Below are positions 41,654 through 51,421 of a stretch of 64,000 nucleotides of DNA, in pieces (within the stretch, counting starts at the first letter, position 1; every line of letters starts with the position of its first letter). Location of the stretch: assembly GCA_963810935.1 (NCBI GenBank), contig CAWEPK010000003.1, positions 64,001-128,000 on the forward strand, written 5' to 3'. Below the pieces are notes generated by a model. That model had not been told where the DNA came from, searched no databases, and saw nothing but the letters and a program-made list of their open reading frames with translations. The DNA is from an uncultured delta proteobacterium (lineage in GTDB: Bacteria > Desulfobacterota > Syntrophorhabdia > Syntrophorhabdales > WCHB1-27). Made by a program: the position numbers and the translations under genes.

Positions 41654-42180
41654 ATGGGCATCAGGGGTATCTTTGTCGTCGCGGCACTGGTATTGGCCGT
41701 CTGTCCTGCCGGGTGCACCAGGGGTGGGGACGCAAGGCAGTCGCCGCACCAGGACGTCGCGCGCAACCTTGTCCCCTCGAAGGCCGAGGCCAGGGGGCGC
41801 AGCTTCGTTATCGAGCTCGAGCGAGCTGAAGGTCACGATGAAGGTGAACCCCGCATCGAGCGAAATCACCCAGACGCCCAGGCTCCGGGGCCGCTACAGG
41901 ATCACCAATACGTCGCCAGGGGCAGTAGAAGTCCAGGGGGTGACCATAGAGTATATGGACGCCGGGGGAAACCCCATCGCCTTCGACGCGGCGGAGCACA
42001 TCACGCGCGCCCTCAAGCTCACGCAGATACTCCAGCCGGGGGAGGTCTCCGACAAGGCCCTGGAGCTCGACCATCCCGAAAGCGGCGGTGAAGGACCTGG
42101 CGGGGATCGGCATTAACCTTGTCTATGTGCCTTCCGAGCTGAAGACGGAAACCCTTAAGCTATCGGAGAGGATCGAATAG
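41654..42180 (+). CDS. Hypothetical lipoprotein (extra bases near 41818 and 42068, probably sequencing errors)
   Basis: Signal/lipobox ...LAVCPAGC; a 174-aa ORF is restored by removing one base after each of two GAGCT sites. Confidence 0.6.
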
Positions 42181-42218
42181 GTAAGGGCGCGCAAAGCGCC
42201 GGATGGGGCAGTCCGCCC

Positions 42219-43619
42219 CTACCCATACCTGGTTATCCTATACTTCTTCATAAGTGCATAGAGCCTGGGCCTGGACAGCCCGGATATCCTGCAGGCTTCC
42301 CTTATGTTGCTGCCCGCTATGCTCATAAGGTCTTCAAGGTACTGCCTTTCCGCCTCTTGTAAGGCAGACTCCCTGAACCCCTTCAAAGGAGGAAGGGGTG
42401 AAGAAGGGGCACTCTCTTTAGCAGGCAGGTGGGTCTCTTTGGTCACAGACGCCCTTGCCAGGCTCACTCTTATATGGGTAGGCAGGTGCTTGGGGAACAA
42501 GGTAGGCTCATGCCTTGCCATGGTAAGGGCCCTTTCTATGGCATTTACCAGCTCCCGCACGTTCCCCGGCCACTCATAGGTAGACAGGGAGTCCAAAAAC
42601 TCAGGCGCAAACCCCTTGGTCCCTATGCCGTATCTCTCGGAGAGCTTTGCCATGTGGTACATGACAAGCTCCCTTATATCTTCCTTCCTCTCCCTTAGAG
42701 GGGGCAGGTCTATGGTAAAGGTCTGGAGACGGAAGAGAAGGTCCCTCCTGAAGTGGTGGGACTCGACCATCTCATCCAGGTTCCTGTTCGTAGCAGCCAC
42801 CAGCCTGAAGTCCGACTCTATCTCCTTCTTCGAGCCGACGGGCCTGAACCTGTGCTCCTGCAATACCCTTAAGAAGGCCTTCTGTATGACAGGGGGCAGC
42901 TCTCCCACCTCATCTAAGAAGAGGGTGCCCCCGTGCGCCTGCCTGACAAGGCCGTCCTGGTCCTTATCGGCCCCTGTGAAGGCCCCCTTCTCATAGCCGA
43001 ACAGGGTGCTCTCTACCAGTGTCTTAGGCAAGGCTGTGCAGTCTACGACAACGAAGTTCTTATTGGCCCTCGGGGAGTTCTCGTGTATGGCCCTGGCGAA
43101 CAACTCCTTGCCTGTGCCCGTCTCCCCTATGATTAAGACCGAGGCGTCGGAGTTTGCCGCCTGGGCTAAAACATCGAAGCAGCTTCGCATCCTGGGGGAG
43201 GAGCCTATGATGCCCTCCCACTTCAAGGCAACCGCAGGCTTCCTTGCCCTCTTTTCTTCCCTGTACTGCAATGCCCTTAAGAAGGGGAGCATCATCTCCT
43301 TTATCGATGACGGCTTCTCTATGTAGTCCCATGCCCCGTTCTTGATGGCAAGCTCCGCCCCGTCCGGGTCTCCATAGCCGGTCATTATGATAACCTCGGG
43401 AGGGGGGCTTATCTCTCTTATCTTGGGAAGGATGTCCAGGCCTGAGCCGTCAGGCATGCGGATATCGAGGAAGACTATGTCGAAGCTGTCTTTGGAAAGC
43501 TGCCTCATCCCGTCGGTCAGGGTATGCGCCGATTGGGCATCGTGACCTGTCCTATGCACCATGCTTGAGAGCATGTCGCACATGACCACATCGTCATCGA
43601 TGATCATTACGTGGGCCAT
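42219..43619 (-). CDS. Sigma54-dependent Fis-family response regulator
   Basis: MAHVMIIDDD receiver; GETGTGKE, GAFTGA, WPGNVREL, Fis HTH (ACRISGLSRPRLY). Confidence 0.93.
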   Translation of the reverse strand: MAHVMIIDDDVVMCDMLSSMVHRTGHDAQSAHTLTDGMRQLSKDSFDIVFLDIRMPDGSGLDILPKIREISPPPEVIIMTGYGDPDGAELAIKNGAWDYIEKPSSIKEMMLPFLRALQYREEKRARKPAVALKWEGIIGSSPRMRSCFDVLAQAANSDASVLIIGETGTGKELFARAIHENSPRANKNFVVVDCTALPKTLVESTLFGYEKGAFTGADKDQDGLVRQAHGGTLFLDEVGELPPVIQKAFLRVLQEHRFRPVGSKKEIESDFRLVAATNRNLDEMVESHHFRRDLLFRLQTFTIDLPPLRERKEDIRELVMYHMAKLSERYGIGTKGFAPEFLDSLSTYEWPGNVRELVNAIERALTMARHEPTLFPKHLPTHIRVSLARASVTKETHLPAKESAPSSPLPPLKGFRESALQEAERQYLEDLMSIAGSNIREACRISGLSRPRLYALMKKYRITRYG

Positions 43620-43764
43620 AGTCTTGGGGTCAGGATTTCTGTCCGGTACTGCGTTACACTTAATTAGCGAAACGGAATAAGTATAATTGTATAGTAGTAT
43701 TGCGGTTCTGACAATGAGAATTTTGCGGTTGAGCGCGGGTTGCGCGCCGTTTGCCGGAGGGATA

Positions 43765-44673
43765 GTGAAGGTAAGCAACGAGAAGCGGCTCGTATGGGCC
43801 ATGGTCGTCACGTTCGTCGTGCTTTTCGCCGAGCTTGTCGGCGGCATGGTCGCCAACAGTCTGGCCTTGCTGGGAGACGCGGGCCACGTGCTCACCGACG
43901 TCCTTGCCCTGGCCTTAAGCCTCATTGCGGTGTACGTGGGCAAGCGGCCGTCCGACTACAGGGCCACGTACGGCTACCAGCGCATCGGGATACTTGCCGC
44001 CCTCATTAACGGATCGACCCTTGTGGTCATCTCGCTTTTTATCTTTATCGAGACATATAAGCGCTTCTTTGCTCCTCCGGCAGTCGATTCCGGGCTTATG
44101 CTCATTGTGGCGGTCACCGGCCTCGTGGGGAATTTCATCATGGCGCGCCTCATCGGGTCGGACCATGCCGACCTTAACATGAAAAGCGCCCGCCTCCACG
44201 TGATAGGCGACATGCTGACCTCCGTCGGCGTCATCGCGGCAGGAGTCGTGATCCATTTTACAGGCTGGCGCCTGGCCGACCCGATTGCCGGCGCGGTCGT
44301 CGGCGTCGTCATAATCTACGGGGGCTGGCGGGTCATCAAGGAGGCCCTGTGGGTCTTCCTCGAGCTTTCTCCCCTCGGGTTTCACGCGGAGGAGATATCG
44401 AAGGCGATCTGCGGGATGGAGCACGTCCTGGGCGTGCACGATATTCACATCTGGTCCATAGGGCACGGGGTGCCCGCCTTCTCCGCGCACGTTCTCTTGA
44501 ACGACAGGAAGATAAGCGAGACGGACGAAGTGAGGCGGGCGATCGAAGAGAAGCTCGCTTCCTTAGGGATCAGGCATACGGTCCTGCAGATGGAGTGCGC
44601 GGAATGCCAGACAAACGGCCTTTATTGCCAGATCGCGGGCCCGGAAGAGGTAGATCTACACCACCATAATTGA
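43765..44673 (+). CDS. Cation diffusion facilitator (CzcD/ZitB-like)
   Basis: SLALLGDAGHVLTD, HVIGD, VHDIHIW; GTG after GGAGG. Confidence 0.92.
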   Translation: MKVSNEKRLVWAMVVTFVVLFAELVGGMVANSLALLGDAGHVLTDVLALALSLIAVYVGKRPSDYRATYGYQRIGILAALINGSTLVVISLFIFIETYKRFFAPPAVDSGLMLIVAVTGLVGNFIMARLIGSDHADLNMKSARLHVIGDMLTSVGVIAAGVVIHFTGWRLADPIAGAVVGVVIIYGGWRVIKEALWVFLELSPLGFHAEEISKAICGMEHVLGVHDIHIWSIGHGVPAFSAHVLLNDRKISETDEVRRAIEEKLASLGIRHTVLQMECAECQTNGLYCQIAGPEEVDLHHHN

Positions 44674-44677
44674 AATG

Positions 44678-44836
44678 GGGCGGGTTGGCCGGTCGGGTCG
44701 GGGCACTCGCTTTGCAGGCCGCGCTAAGCGGTCGCGAAGTGGGTCGCGCGCCTTTCGCGTCGTTTTCTCGGCGCGAGTCCTCACGTACCAACTACGTACG
44801 CTGCGGCTCGCCTCCCTCCGGCCGGCCAACCCGCCC
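44678..44836. repeat. MITE/REP-like element with 19-bp terminal inverted repeats
   Basis: GGGCGGGTTGGCCGGTCGG (44678-44696) and CCGGCCGGCCAACCCGCCC (44818-44836), 18/19 complementary. Confidence 0.7.
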
Positions 44837-44925
44837 AGCACACCCTATCCGGCTTGACAATTGGCGCCGATTCGATAAAACTAGAATAGGGGAAATGCTT
44901 TGATGATGCAAAGCGAAGGTGAAAC

Positions 44926-45774
44926 ATGAACCAGGCAAAGACATTCCTGCTGATGGTCGTGCTGACCGTCATACTCGTGGGCCTCGGCAGCATGATCGGA
45001 GGAAATAACGGGGCGGCCCTGGCGTTCGTGGTTGCCCTCGGGATCAATATGGTCAGCTACTGGTTCAGCGACAGGATAGTGCTCGCCATGTACCACGCGC
45101 AGCAGGTCAGCGAAAGCGAGGCGCCCGAGCTGTACAATATCGTGGCGACTTTGGCGCAGCGCGCGTCGCTGCCGATGCCGAAGGTATATATAATCGATAG
45201 CGACAGCCCGAACGCCTTCGCGACGGGCAGGAACCCCGAGCACGCGGTGGTCGCGGTCACTACGGCCATTATGCGGGTCCTCAACAGGCAGGAGCTGGAA
45301 GGCGTGCTTGCCCATGAGCTGTCCCACGTGAAGAACCGGGACATATTGATATCGACTATTGCGGCGGCCCTCGCAGGCGCCATCACCATGCTCGCCAGTT
45401 GGGCAAGGTTCTCGCTCTTCTTCGGAGGCAGGGACGACGACGAAGGCGGCGGGAATATCGTGAGCGTAATTATCTTTTCCATAGTCGCGGCCTTCGCGGC
45501 AATGCTGATCCAGCTTGCCATTTCGAGGTCCAGGGAGTACATGGCCGATGCCGGCGGCGCGCACCTCGCGGGCAACCCGCTTTTCCTTGCGAACGCCCTG
45601 CGCCGCCTCGATAGCGCGGTGGCCCGCAGCCCCATGCCGGACGCCAACCCGTCCACGGCCCACATGTTTATCGTCAACCCCTTTTCCGCAAAAGGGATCG
45701 TCTCCCTTTTCAGCACGCATCCGCCCATGGAAGAACGGATAAAGCGGCTGGAGGAGATGGCCCATAGACGATAA
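44926..45774 (+). CDS. htpX: Zinc metalloprotease HtpX
   Basis: PNAFATG, AHELSH, SRSREY, FSTHPP. Confidence 0.96.
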   Translation: MNQAKTFLLMVVLTVILVGLGSMIGGNNGAALAFVVALGINMVSYWFSDRIVLAMYHAQQVSESEAPELYNIVATLAQRASLPMPKVYIIDSDSPNAFATGRNPEHAVVAVTTAIMRVLNRQELEGVLAHELSHVKNRDILISTIAAALAGAITMLASWARFSLFFGGRDDDEGGGNIVSVIIFSIVAAFAAMLIQLAISRSREYMADAGGAHLAGNPLFLANALRRLDSAVARSPMPDANPSTAHMFIVNPFSAKGIVSLFSTHPPMEERIKRLEEMAHRR

Positions 45775-45817
45775 TTTCCGCGCCGTCCGCTCCCTCTGCC
45801 TGAAGATCGTCAAAGAG

Positions 45818-47044
45818 GTGGAGGAAGGCAGCCTGCTCGACGAGGCCATCGACAGGAACTTTTTGCGCTCAGCCCCGCTCGCTACGTACAAGCCGCTGAT
45901 ATACGAGATCGCGTCCGGCGTTGTCCGGTGGAGGCTCTACCTCGACTGGGTGCTCTCCCGGCTTGCAAAGGAAGGCGTCAAAAAAGACGTCCGCCGGCTC
46001 CTGTGGATGGGCCTTTACCAGATCCTTTTCATGAAGAAGGCGGCCTACCACGTAGTCAACGAGACGGTGGAATACGCCAAGGCAGAGAAAGGCGCGGGCG
46101 TGGCCGGCTTCGTCAACGCAGTATTGAGGCGTGCGATAAGAGAGAAAGACGCGCTTGCCGCCGCCTTGCCGCCCGATCCCGTCGCACGCATGTCGATCGA
46201 ATACAGCTTCCCCGAATGGCTTGCGGCAAGATGGAACAAACGGTTCGGCACTGAGGCCGCCCGCGGCCTCCTCGCGAACCTGAATAAAAGTCCCTCGTTC
46301 GCGCTTCGGGTCGACGCGCGCAAAATCACCCGTGAAGAGGCGGCAGGCATGATCGCCGGCTTGGGGATAGTGGTCGAAAAGGGGCGCTTCGCCCCGCAGG
46401 CCCTTAGGATCGACAAAATCGGCCCGCTCATCGAAAGCGGCCTTCTCGAAAAGCACCTCTTCTGCGTGCAGGATGAGGCATCGCAACTGGCGGGGCTCGC
46501 AGTCGCGCCAGCCCCCGGCGACCTTGTCCTCGACGCATGCGCGGGGCAGGGGACGAAGACGGGCCAGATCAGGGAGGCATGGTCCGAGGCGCGCATCATT
46601 GCAATGGACATAGACGGCGCAAAGCTGCGCAGCGTACGGGAAACACGTTGTATCGTCCGGGGCGACGCGCTGAAAAGTCCCTTCAAAAAAGGCAGGTTTG
46701 ATAGTATACTCCTTGATGCCCCCTGCTCGTCTCTCGGGATCGTGAGGAAGCACCCGGAGGTGAAATGGAGGCGGACCGAAAAGGACATCGCCGCGTTCGG
46801 CAATCTCCAGGCGCGGATGCTGAAGGAAGCGCATGAGTTGCTTAAGGAAGGAGGCCGTCTCGTTTACAGCGTCTGCTCTTTTGAGCCGGAGGAAACGACG
46901 GACGTAATGGAGAAAGTGATAAAAGAAGGACTGTTTGCGCCGGAGCCGCCATTGCCCGAAATCAGCGGGGAGGCATATTTTGTGTCCCTGCCGCACGTGT
47001 CGGGGATGGACGGTTTTTTCATCGCGAGGCTCAGGAAAGCATGA
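45818..47044 (+). CDS. rsmB: 16S rRNA m5C967 methyltransferase RsmB/Sun (true start probably upstream, near 45764)
   Basis: NusB-like N-terminus (GFVNAVLR), VQDEASQL, LLDAPCS, YSVCS, DGFFIA. Confidence 0.88.
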   Translation: MEEGSLLDEAIDRNFLRSAPLATYKPLIYEIASGVVRWRLYLDWVLSRLAKEGVKKDVRRLLWMGLYQILFMKKAAYHVVNETVEYAKAEKGAGVAGFVNAVLRRAIREKDALAAALPPDPVARMSIEYSFPEWLAARWNKRFGTEAARGLLANLNKSPSFALRVDARKITREEAAGMIAGLGIVVEKGRFAPQALRIDKIGPLIESGLLEKHLFCVQDEASQLAGLAVAPAPGDLVLDACAGQGTKTGQIREAWSEARIIAMDIDGAKLRSVRETRCIVRGDALKSPFKKGRFDSILLDAPCSSLGIVRKHPEVKWRRTEKDIAAFGNLQARMLKEAHELLKEGGRLVYSVCSFEPEETTDVMEKVIKEGLFAPEPPLPEISGEAYFVSLPHVSGMDGFFIARLRKA

Positions 47045-47752
47045 GGCTCCTAACACTCCTGTTTTATGCAGCCGCCTGCGTGCTTGTATTCGTCCTTGCC
47101 GTCTCTTTCACCATAAGGCTCGTGCTCCTCGACGAGCGGACCATCACGTGCCCGGAGTCTGACCGGCCTGGATATAGAGGAGGCAAAGTCGGTGGCTGCC
47201 CAAAGCGGCCTTCCCCTCGTAGTCAGCAAGTATGAAAAAAGGAAGGACATCGCATACAACCGGGTCATACTCCAGAACCCCGACGCGGGCGTGCCCGTGA
47301 GGTCGGGAAGGACCGTGACTGTCCTCCTCGCGGACGGTCCGATGATGGCGATCATCCCCGCGTTCGTCGGCCTCTCCCTGGACGCAGCCGGGGCGGCACT
47401 TCAGCAGCAGGGCATGAAGCTCCGGAAGGTGATCTACGTGCCGAGCGGAGAGGCGAACCGCGTGCTGGCCCAGGTGCCGGAAAGCGGGGAAAACATCCTC
47501 GACCCGGACGGAATCGTGCTCGTCGTCGGCACAAAGGGCAAGCGCTTCTATGTTATGCCGGAGATCGCCCCCGGCGACTACGCGGCTGCTGTGAAGGAAT
47601 TGGACCTGAAACAGATCAGGCACGTGCAGGTGCCGACCGGGCGGCCGGACGGCCCGCCCGCCGGCCCTCTCAAGACGAACATCCTTCCCAAGACCATATT
47701 CAAAGACGACGACATGCTCGAATTGCTGCCGGGCAGCGGAGGACAAAAATGA
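47041..47752 (+). CDS. PASTA domain protein (one extra base at 47158, probably a sequencing error)
   Basis: N-terminal TM; CPE-LTGLDIEEA is restored by removing T from GAGtCTG; VILQNP, VLAQVP. Confidence 0.82.
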
Positions 47753-48411
47753 AAGTGTCTATAGCGCCTTCCATCCTCTCGGCCGATTTTGCAAGGTTAG
47801 GAGAGGAGATCAAGGCCGTGGAGGCAGCCGGCGCGGATGTAGTGCACATCGACGTGATGGACGGCCATTTCGTGCCGAACATTACGATAGGACCGGCGGT
47901 TGTCGGGGCGGCAAGGAGAGTCACCAGGTTAGCCCTCGACGTCCACCTCATGATCGAGCACCCTGAATCGTTCGTGGACGCCTTCGCGGACGCGGGGGCC
48001 GACATCATTACGGTGCACGTCGAGACGGGTTACCACCACCAGAGGACGCTCAGCCTGATACGCTCCCTCGGCAAGAAGGCGGGCCTTGCGCTCAACCCCG
48101 GCACCCCCCTTAGCGCAGTCACGGAGCTTCTGCCCGATATCGACCTCCTGCTCGTGATGTCGGTCAATCCCGGTTTCGGCGGCCAGGCGTATATCCCGTC
48201 GTCGACGAAGAAGATAGCGGCGGCCAGGCGCATGCTCAATGCCGCGAAATCGAAAGCCGTCCTCGAGGTTGACGGCGGCATAAAGGTGGACAACGCGCAA
48301 GTAGCCGCAAAGGCGGGCGCAACCATGCTCGTCATGGGAAGCGGCCTCTTCGAGAGCAAAGACTACAAAACGAGGATGCAGGAGGTGCGCAAGGTGCTTA
48401 AATGGAAATAG
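47749..48411 (+). CDS. rpe: Ribulose-phosphate 3-epimerase
   Basis: IAPSILSADF, HIDVMDGHFVPN, MSVNPGFGGQ, EVDGG. Confidence 0.97.
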   Translation: MKVSIAPSILSADFARLGEEIKAVEAAGADVVHIDVMDGHFVPNITIGPAVVGAARRVTRLALDVHLMIEHPESFVDAFADAGADIITVHVETGYHHQRTLSLIRSLGKKAGLALNPGTPLSAVTELLPDIDLLLVMSVNPGFGGQAYIPSSTKKIAAARRMLNAAKSKAVLEVDGGIKVDNAQVAAKAGATMLVMGSGLFESKDYKTRMQEVRKVLKWK

Positions 48412-49043
48412 CGCGGCAGAAGGCGTACCGCAAGACCTTCGACCTTGCATGCGCCACCCTCGCCGGGCTGCCCGTAGAAGAGCAGACGGCGAAGGCCGGC
48501 CTTTCCCTTTCCAAACAAGGCGACGCCTATGTCATATCCGTACCCTCTTTCGACGAGACCATAGAGCTTGCAGTGCCCGGTTTCTCGTTCACAAGCACGA
48601 AGGGCTCGAACATCACCCTAACGGCGAAGATCATTATCCTGCATTACCTGATCAACGCGTCGGGCATGCCCTTAGGGGCAGGGCTCGTGCCGTATGAAGA
48701 CGTCCGCGGCTGCCGCTCCTACCTGCCCGTCTTTGAGCGCAGGGTGGTCAAGCCGCTGCTTAACGCCTTCGGCTTCGCCAGAGACGCGTTCAATGATGCG
48801 GGCAGCGCGCTAGGCGGCAAGCAGGAAGAATACGGCAACGCCTCTTTCACGCTATCAGCCTTCCCAAGGCTCCCGATCACCTTCATCCTATGGGAAGGCG
48901 ACCAGGACTTCCCACCCGCCATAAAAGTACTTTTCGACAAATCGATCGACACCTACGTGCCCCTGGAAGACATAGTAGTGGTCTCGAAAATGGCGGCGAC
49001 GAGATTGTTGAAGAGTGCGCGCAAGGTGCTTGAGGCGGAGTAA
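48402..49043 (+). CDS. DUF3786-like protein
   Basis: ILHYL, FPRLP, LWEGDQDFPP, LFD, LED pattern. Confidence 0.7.
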   Translation: MEIARQKAYRKTFDLACATLAGLPVEEQTAKAGLSLSKQGDAYVISVPSFDETIELAVPGFSFTSTKGSNITLTAKIIILHYLINASGMPLGAGLVPYEDVRGCRSYLPVFERRVVKPLLNAFGFARDAFNDAGSALGGKQEEYGNASFTLSAFPRLPITFILWEGDQDFPPAIKVLFDKSIDTYVPLEDIVVVSKMAATRLLKSARKVLEAE

Positions 49044-49063
49044 AGTGTAAAAGCGTGCGTGGT

Positions 49064-49343
49064 GGGTGGCTGGACTGGCCGCATGAAGGATACGTCCCTA
49101 TGCGGCGCCCTGCTCGCCTTGCGCCCTCTGACTTACCACCCCCATGCACCGTGGTTCCTTTCAGCACTCCGGGAACGTAGGGGCACCCGGCAAACCTACT
49201 TTTAACTGATAGGCCCGGTCAGCAAGGCTCCCATTGCATCCGCATATGAAGCATCCTCCATGCGGCTCCTCCGGCCACGGCCGCCGCAACCGAATAAAGC
49301 GCATTTATAAGGCGGCGGCAAGAGCGGGCTGTACGACATCCAT
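49064..49343 (+). repeat. Family-2 dispersed repeat, copy 1
   Basis: Core GGGCACCCGGCAAACCTACTTT (49181-49202) plus several blocks shared with the other two copies. Confidence 0.85.
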
Positions 49344-49590
49344 GTTAGATTAGGCACTGCTAACACAAGTCAATTCAATCCGCTGTCCTGAATGATAGCA
49401 GATTGCCGATCGAAACAAAGAGCCGTTTTCCGTGCTTTTTTGTTGTTATTTCTCTTTGATGGGTCTATAGTGACAAAAAGGCCTAAAACCAGTGAACAAT
49501 AAAAGAAAAAGATAAATGGGGCCCAGTGTCATCGTCGCAGTTCTTCTTGGTGGTGAAGCCTTCTCGCCATAGTCGCAAATGGAGGGAGGA

Positions 49591-50211
49591 ATGGAAAAGT
49601 TCTTACAGCAAATTCTGGGAAAGCTGCTCAGACTTGAGGACGGCGAGAAGAGAAAGAGACTTGCCGCGCTTTACGCCAATGGTAAGACGTTAGATGTTGG
49701 CATGACTCAAAGTCCGAATGAACGTTTAACGGGGGATCATGTGGTCGGTTTGGACGTGGTGGTTCCAGCGCACCTCCCCAAAAACTATTCCAGGTTCATA
49801 CAAGGGGATTGCACACACCTCAACGCGGTGCTCCAAGGCGAAACGTTTGATACAATAATAGCATTGGAAGTGATTGAACATTTGCCCGATTGGGTCGAGT
49901 TTTTTAGGCAAGCGCATGAATGTCTTAACCTAAATGGGAAATTCATCGTTTCCACTCCCAGCCCCGTCTTATGGCGAACGGTCTTGGCGAATGGCCTTTT
50001 TCCAAAAGGAATATCCTTTAGCGGAAGGGGGGTTGACGGTAAAATAGCGTGCAAACCGTGGTATGGGCACGTAATATTGCATCAACCGCGTATCTTGAAC
50101 GCCGTAGCCCAAGAACTGGGATTCAAACTTCTGGAAGTACGAAATTCCTCCGAATCCTGCTCGCTTCCGTTCCTTCAAAAGAACCTGTTGTTTGCGTACG
50201 TAAAGCATTAA
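49591..50211 (+). CDS. Class I SAM-dependent methyltransferase in AT-rich DNA
   Basis: TLDVG, VVGLD, FDTIIALEVIEHL, GKFIVSTP; ATG after GGAGG. Confidence 0.78.
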   Translation: MEKFLQQILGKLLRLEDGEKRKRLAALYANGKTLDVGMTQSPNERLTGDHVVGLDVVVPAHLPKNYSRFIQGDCTHLNAVLQGETFDTIIALEVIEHLPDWVEFFRQAHECLNLNGKFIVSTPSPVLWRTVLANGLFPKGISFSGRGVDGKIACKPWYGHVILHQPRILNAVAQELGFKLLEVRNSSESCSLPFLQKNLLFAYVKH

Positions 50212-50352
50212 CCTTTGTTCTTGTTGAATACGGCTCCAAATCTTCTAATTTTATGTGAAAGGCTATTTCATTTGTTTCAGGAAGGACTTCTTACATGACC
50301 CGACATTGTCCAATAGACTGAATATCTGCTCTTACGCTTTTAACGCATCACT

Positions 50353-50650
50353 ATGGATACGGTATCCCCTGCTCTTACCGCCGCCAAAGGGATGCGCAAC
50401 GTAGCTGCTCCGTTAGCGGCGGTCGCGGCCGGAGGAGCGCCTCAAGGGGTTGCGATATGTGGATGCCATGTGAAGTGCGTCGGCCGGAGGCATACGCATG
50501 TACGTCGTAGGGCACGCGCTGAGCAGGGCGCCGCATCCTTCATATCAGTCGAAAGTAGGTTTGCCGGGTGCCCGCACGGTCGAAAGCGTGTTGAAAAGGT
50601 ACCACCGTGCATGCGGGTGGTCCGCAGTAGGCGCGAGTCCAGCCGCCCGC
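50353..50650 (-). repeat. Family-2 dispersed repeat, inverted copy
   Basis: AAAGTAGGTTTGCCGGGTGCCC (50552-50573) is the exact reverse complement of 49181-49202; further shared blocks lie on both sides. Confidence 0.85.
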
Positions 50651-50728
50651 GTTACTCCGCAGTTGCTTTTCGCCTTTTCCGCCGTTTGTCGCTGTCCGCC
50701 GTGGGTGTCGCCTGCCCGCCCGCCCGGC

Positions 50729-51280
50729 TCAGACCGCTGTCACCTCTACCGTGCTCGCTTGCGGGCCTTTCTCCCCCTCTTCTTCTGCAAAGCGGACCTC
50801 CGAGCCTGGTTTCAGCTTTTCGAACCCGCCCCCGAGGACGCTGTTCCTGTGAAAATAGACTTCCCTGCCTTCTCTCGTTACGATGAAGCCGTAGCCCTCC
50901 CTTTGGGAGAGGGTGTTCACCACGCCGCGCTCCGGCCGCAGATCGCGCTTGACGATCCCCTGGACCTCACGCGAGTATTCGACGAGCCTCCGTTCCATGG
51001 CGTCGAAGGCGTCCTCTATAGCGGCATAGACGTCCTCATGGGCGTGGTCGAGGAGCGGGTCCCGGTTTACGACCAACTCGGCACCTGGCACCGTAATATC
51101 GACCTGTGCCTGGAATATCTTGCCCTTTCTCTGGCGGCGCTGCGGCACGTCGATCACGACGCGGCCGCCTATGATCTCCGGGTGGAGGCGGTCGAGCTTA
51201 TCTGCGCGCTCCTTGATCTTCGACTCGACTGAATCGGAATGGTCCGTGTGACGGAACGTTATCTGGAGTGGAACCTTCAT
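50729..51280 (-). CDS. HPF/RaiA ribosome-associated protein fused to a cold-shock domain
   Basis: LQITFRH, DVYAAIEDAF, GYGFI, VYFHRNS, EKGPQAS. Confidence 0.9.
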   Translation of the reverse strand: MKVPLQITFRHTDHSDSVESKIKERADKLDRLHPEIIGGRVVIDVPQRRQRKGKIFQAQVDITVPGAELVVNRDPLLDHAHEDVYAAIEDAFDAMERRLVEYSREVQGIVKRDLRPERGVVNTLSQREGYGFIVTREGREVYFHRNSVLGGGFEKLKPGSEVRFAEEEGEKGPQASTVEVTAV

Positions 51281-51421
51281 CCTTGTTTACCACCTTTAAG
51301 AGATTTTAACTTGTAAGGAATATAATTCGGGGCAGACCGGGCGTCAACGAGGACTTTCGGACGGGTGATTCTGCCGCGCTGTATCTTTAAATACTGCGCT
51401 GGAAATGTTAGGATGATGCCC

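Noticed and set aside
49181..49235. c-di-GMP-I riboswitch (GGCAAACC...GCAAGGC)
   Set aside because: The GNRA loop and second stem are missing, and the other copies do not keep that pairing
50353..51232. ORFs 50353-50886 and 50498-51232
   Set aside because: They overlap the family-2 repeat and run antisense to raiA-CSD; the equivalent frames in copy 1 contain stops
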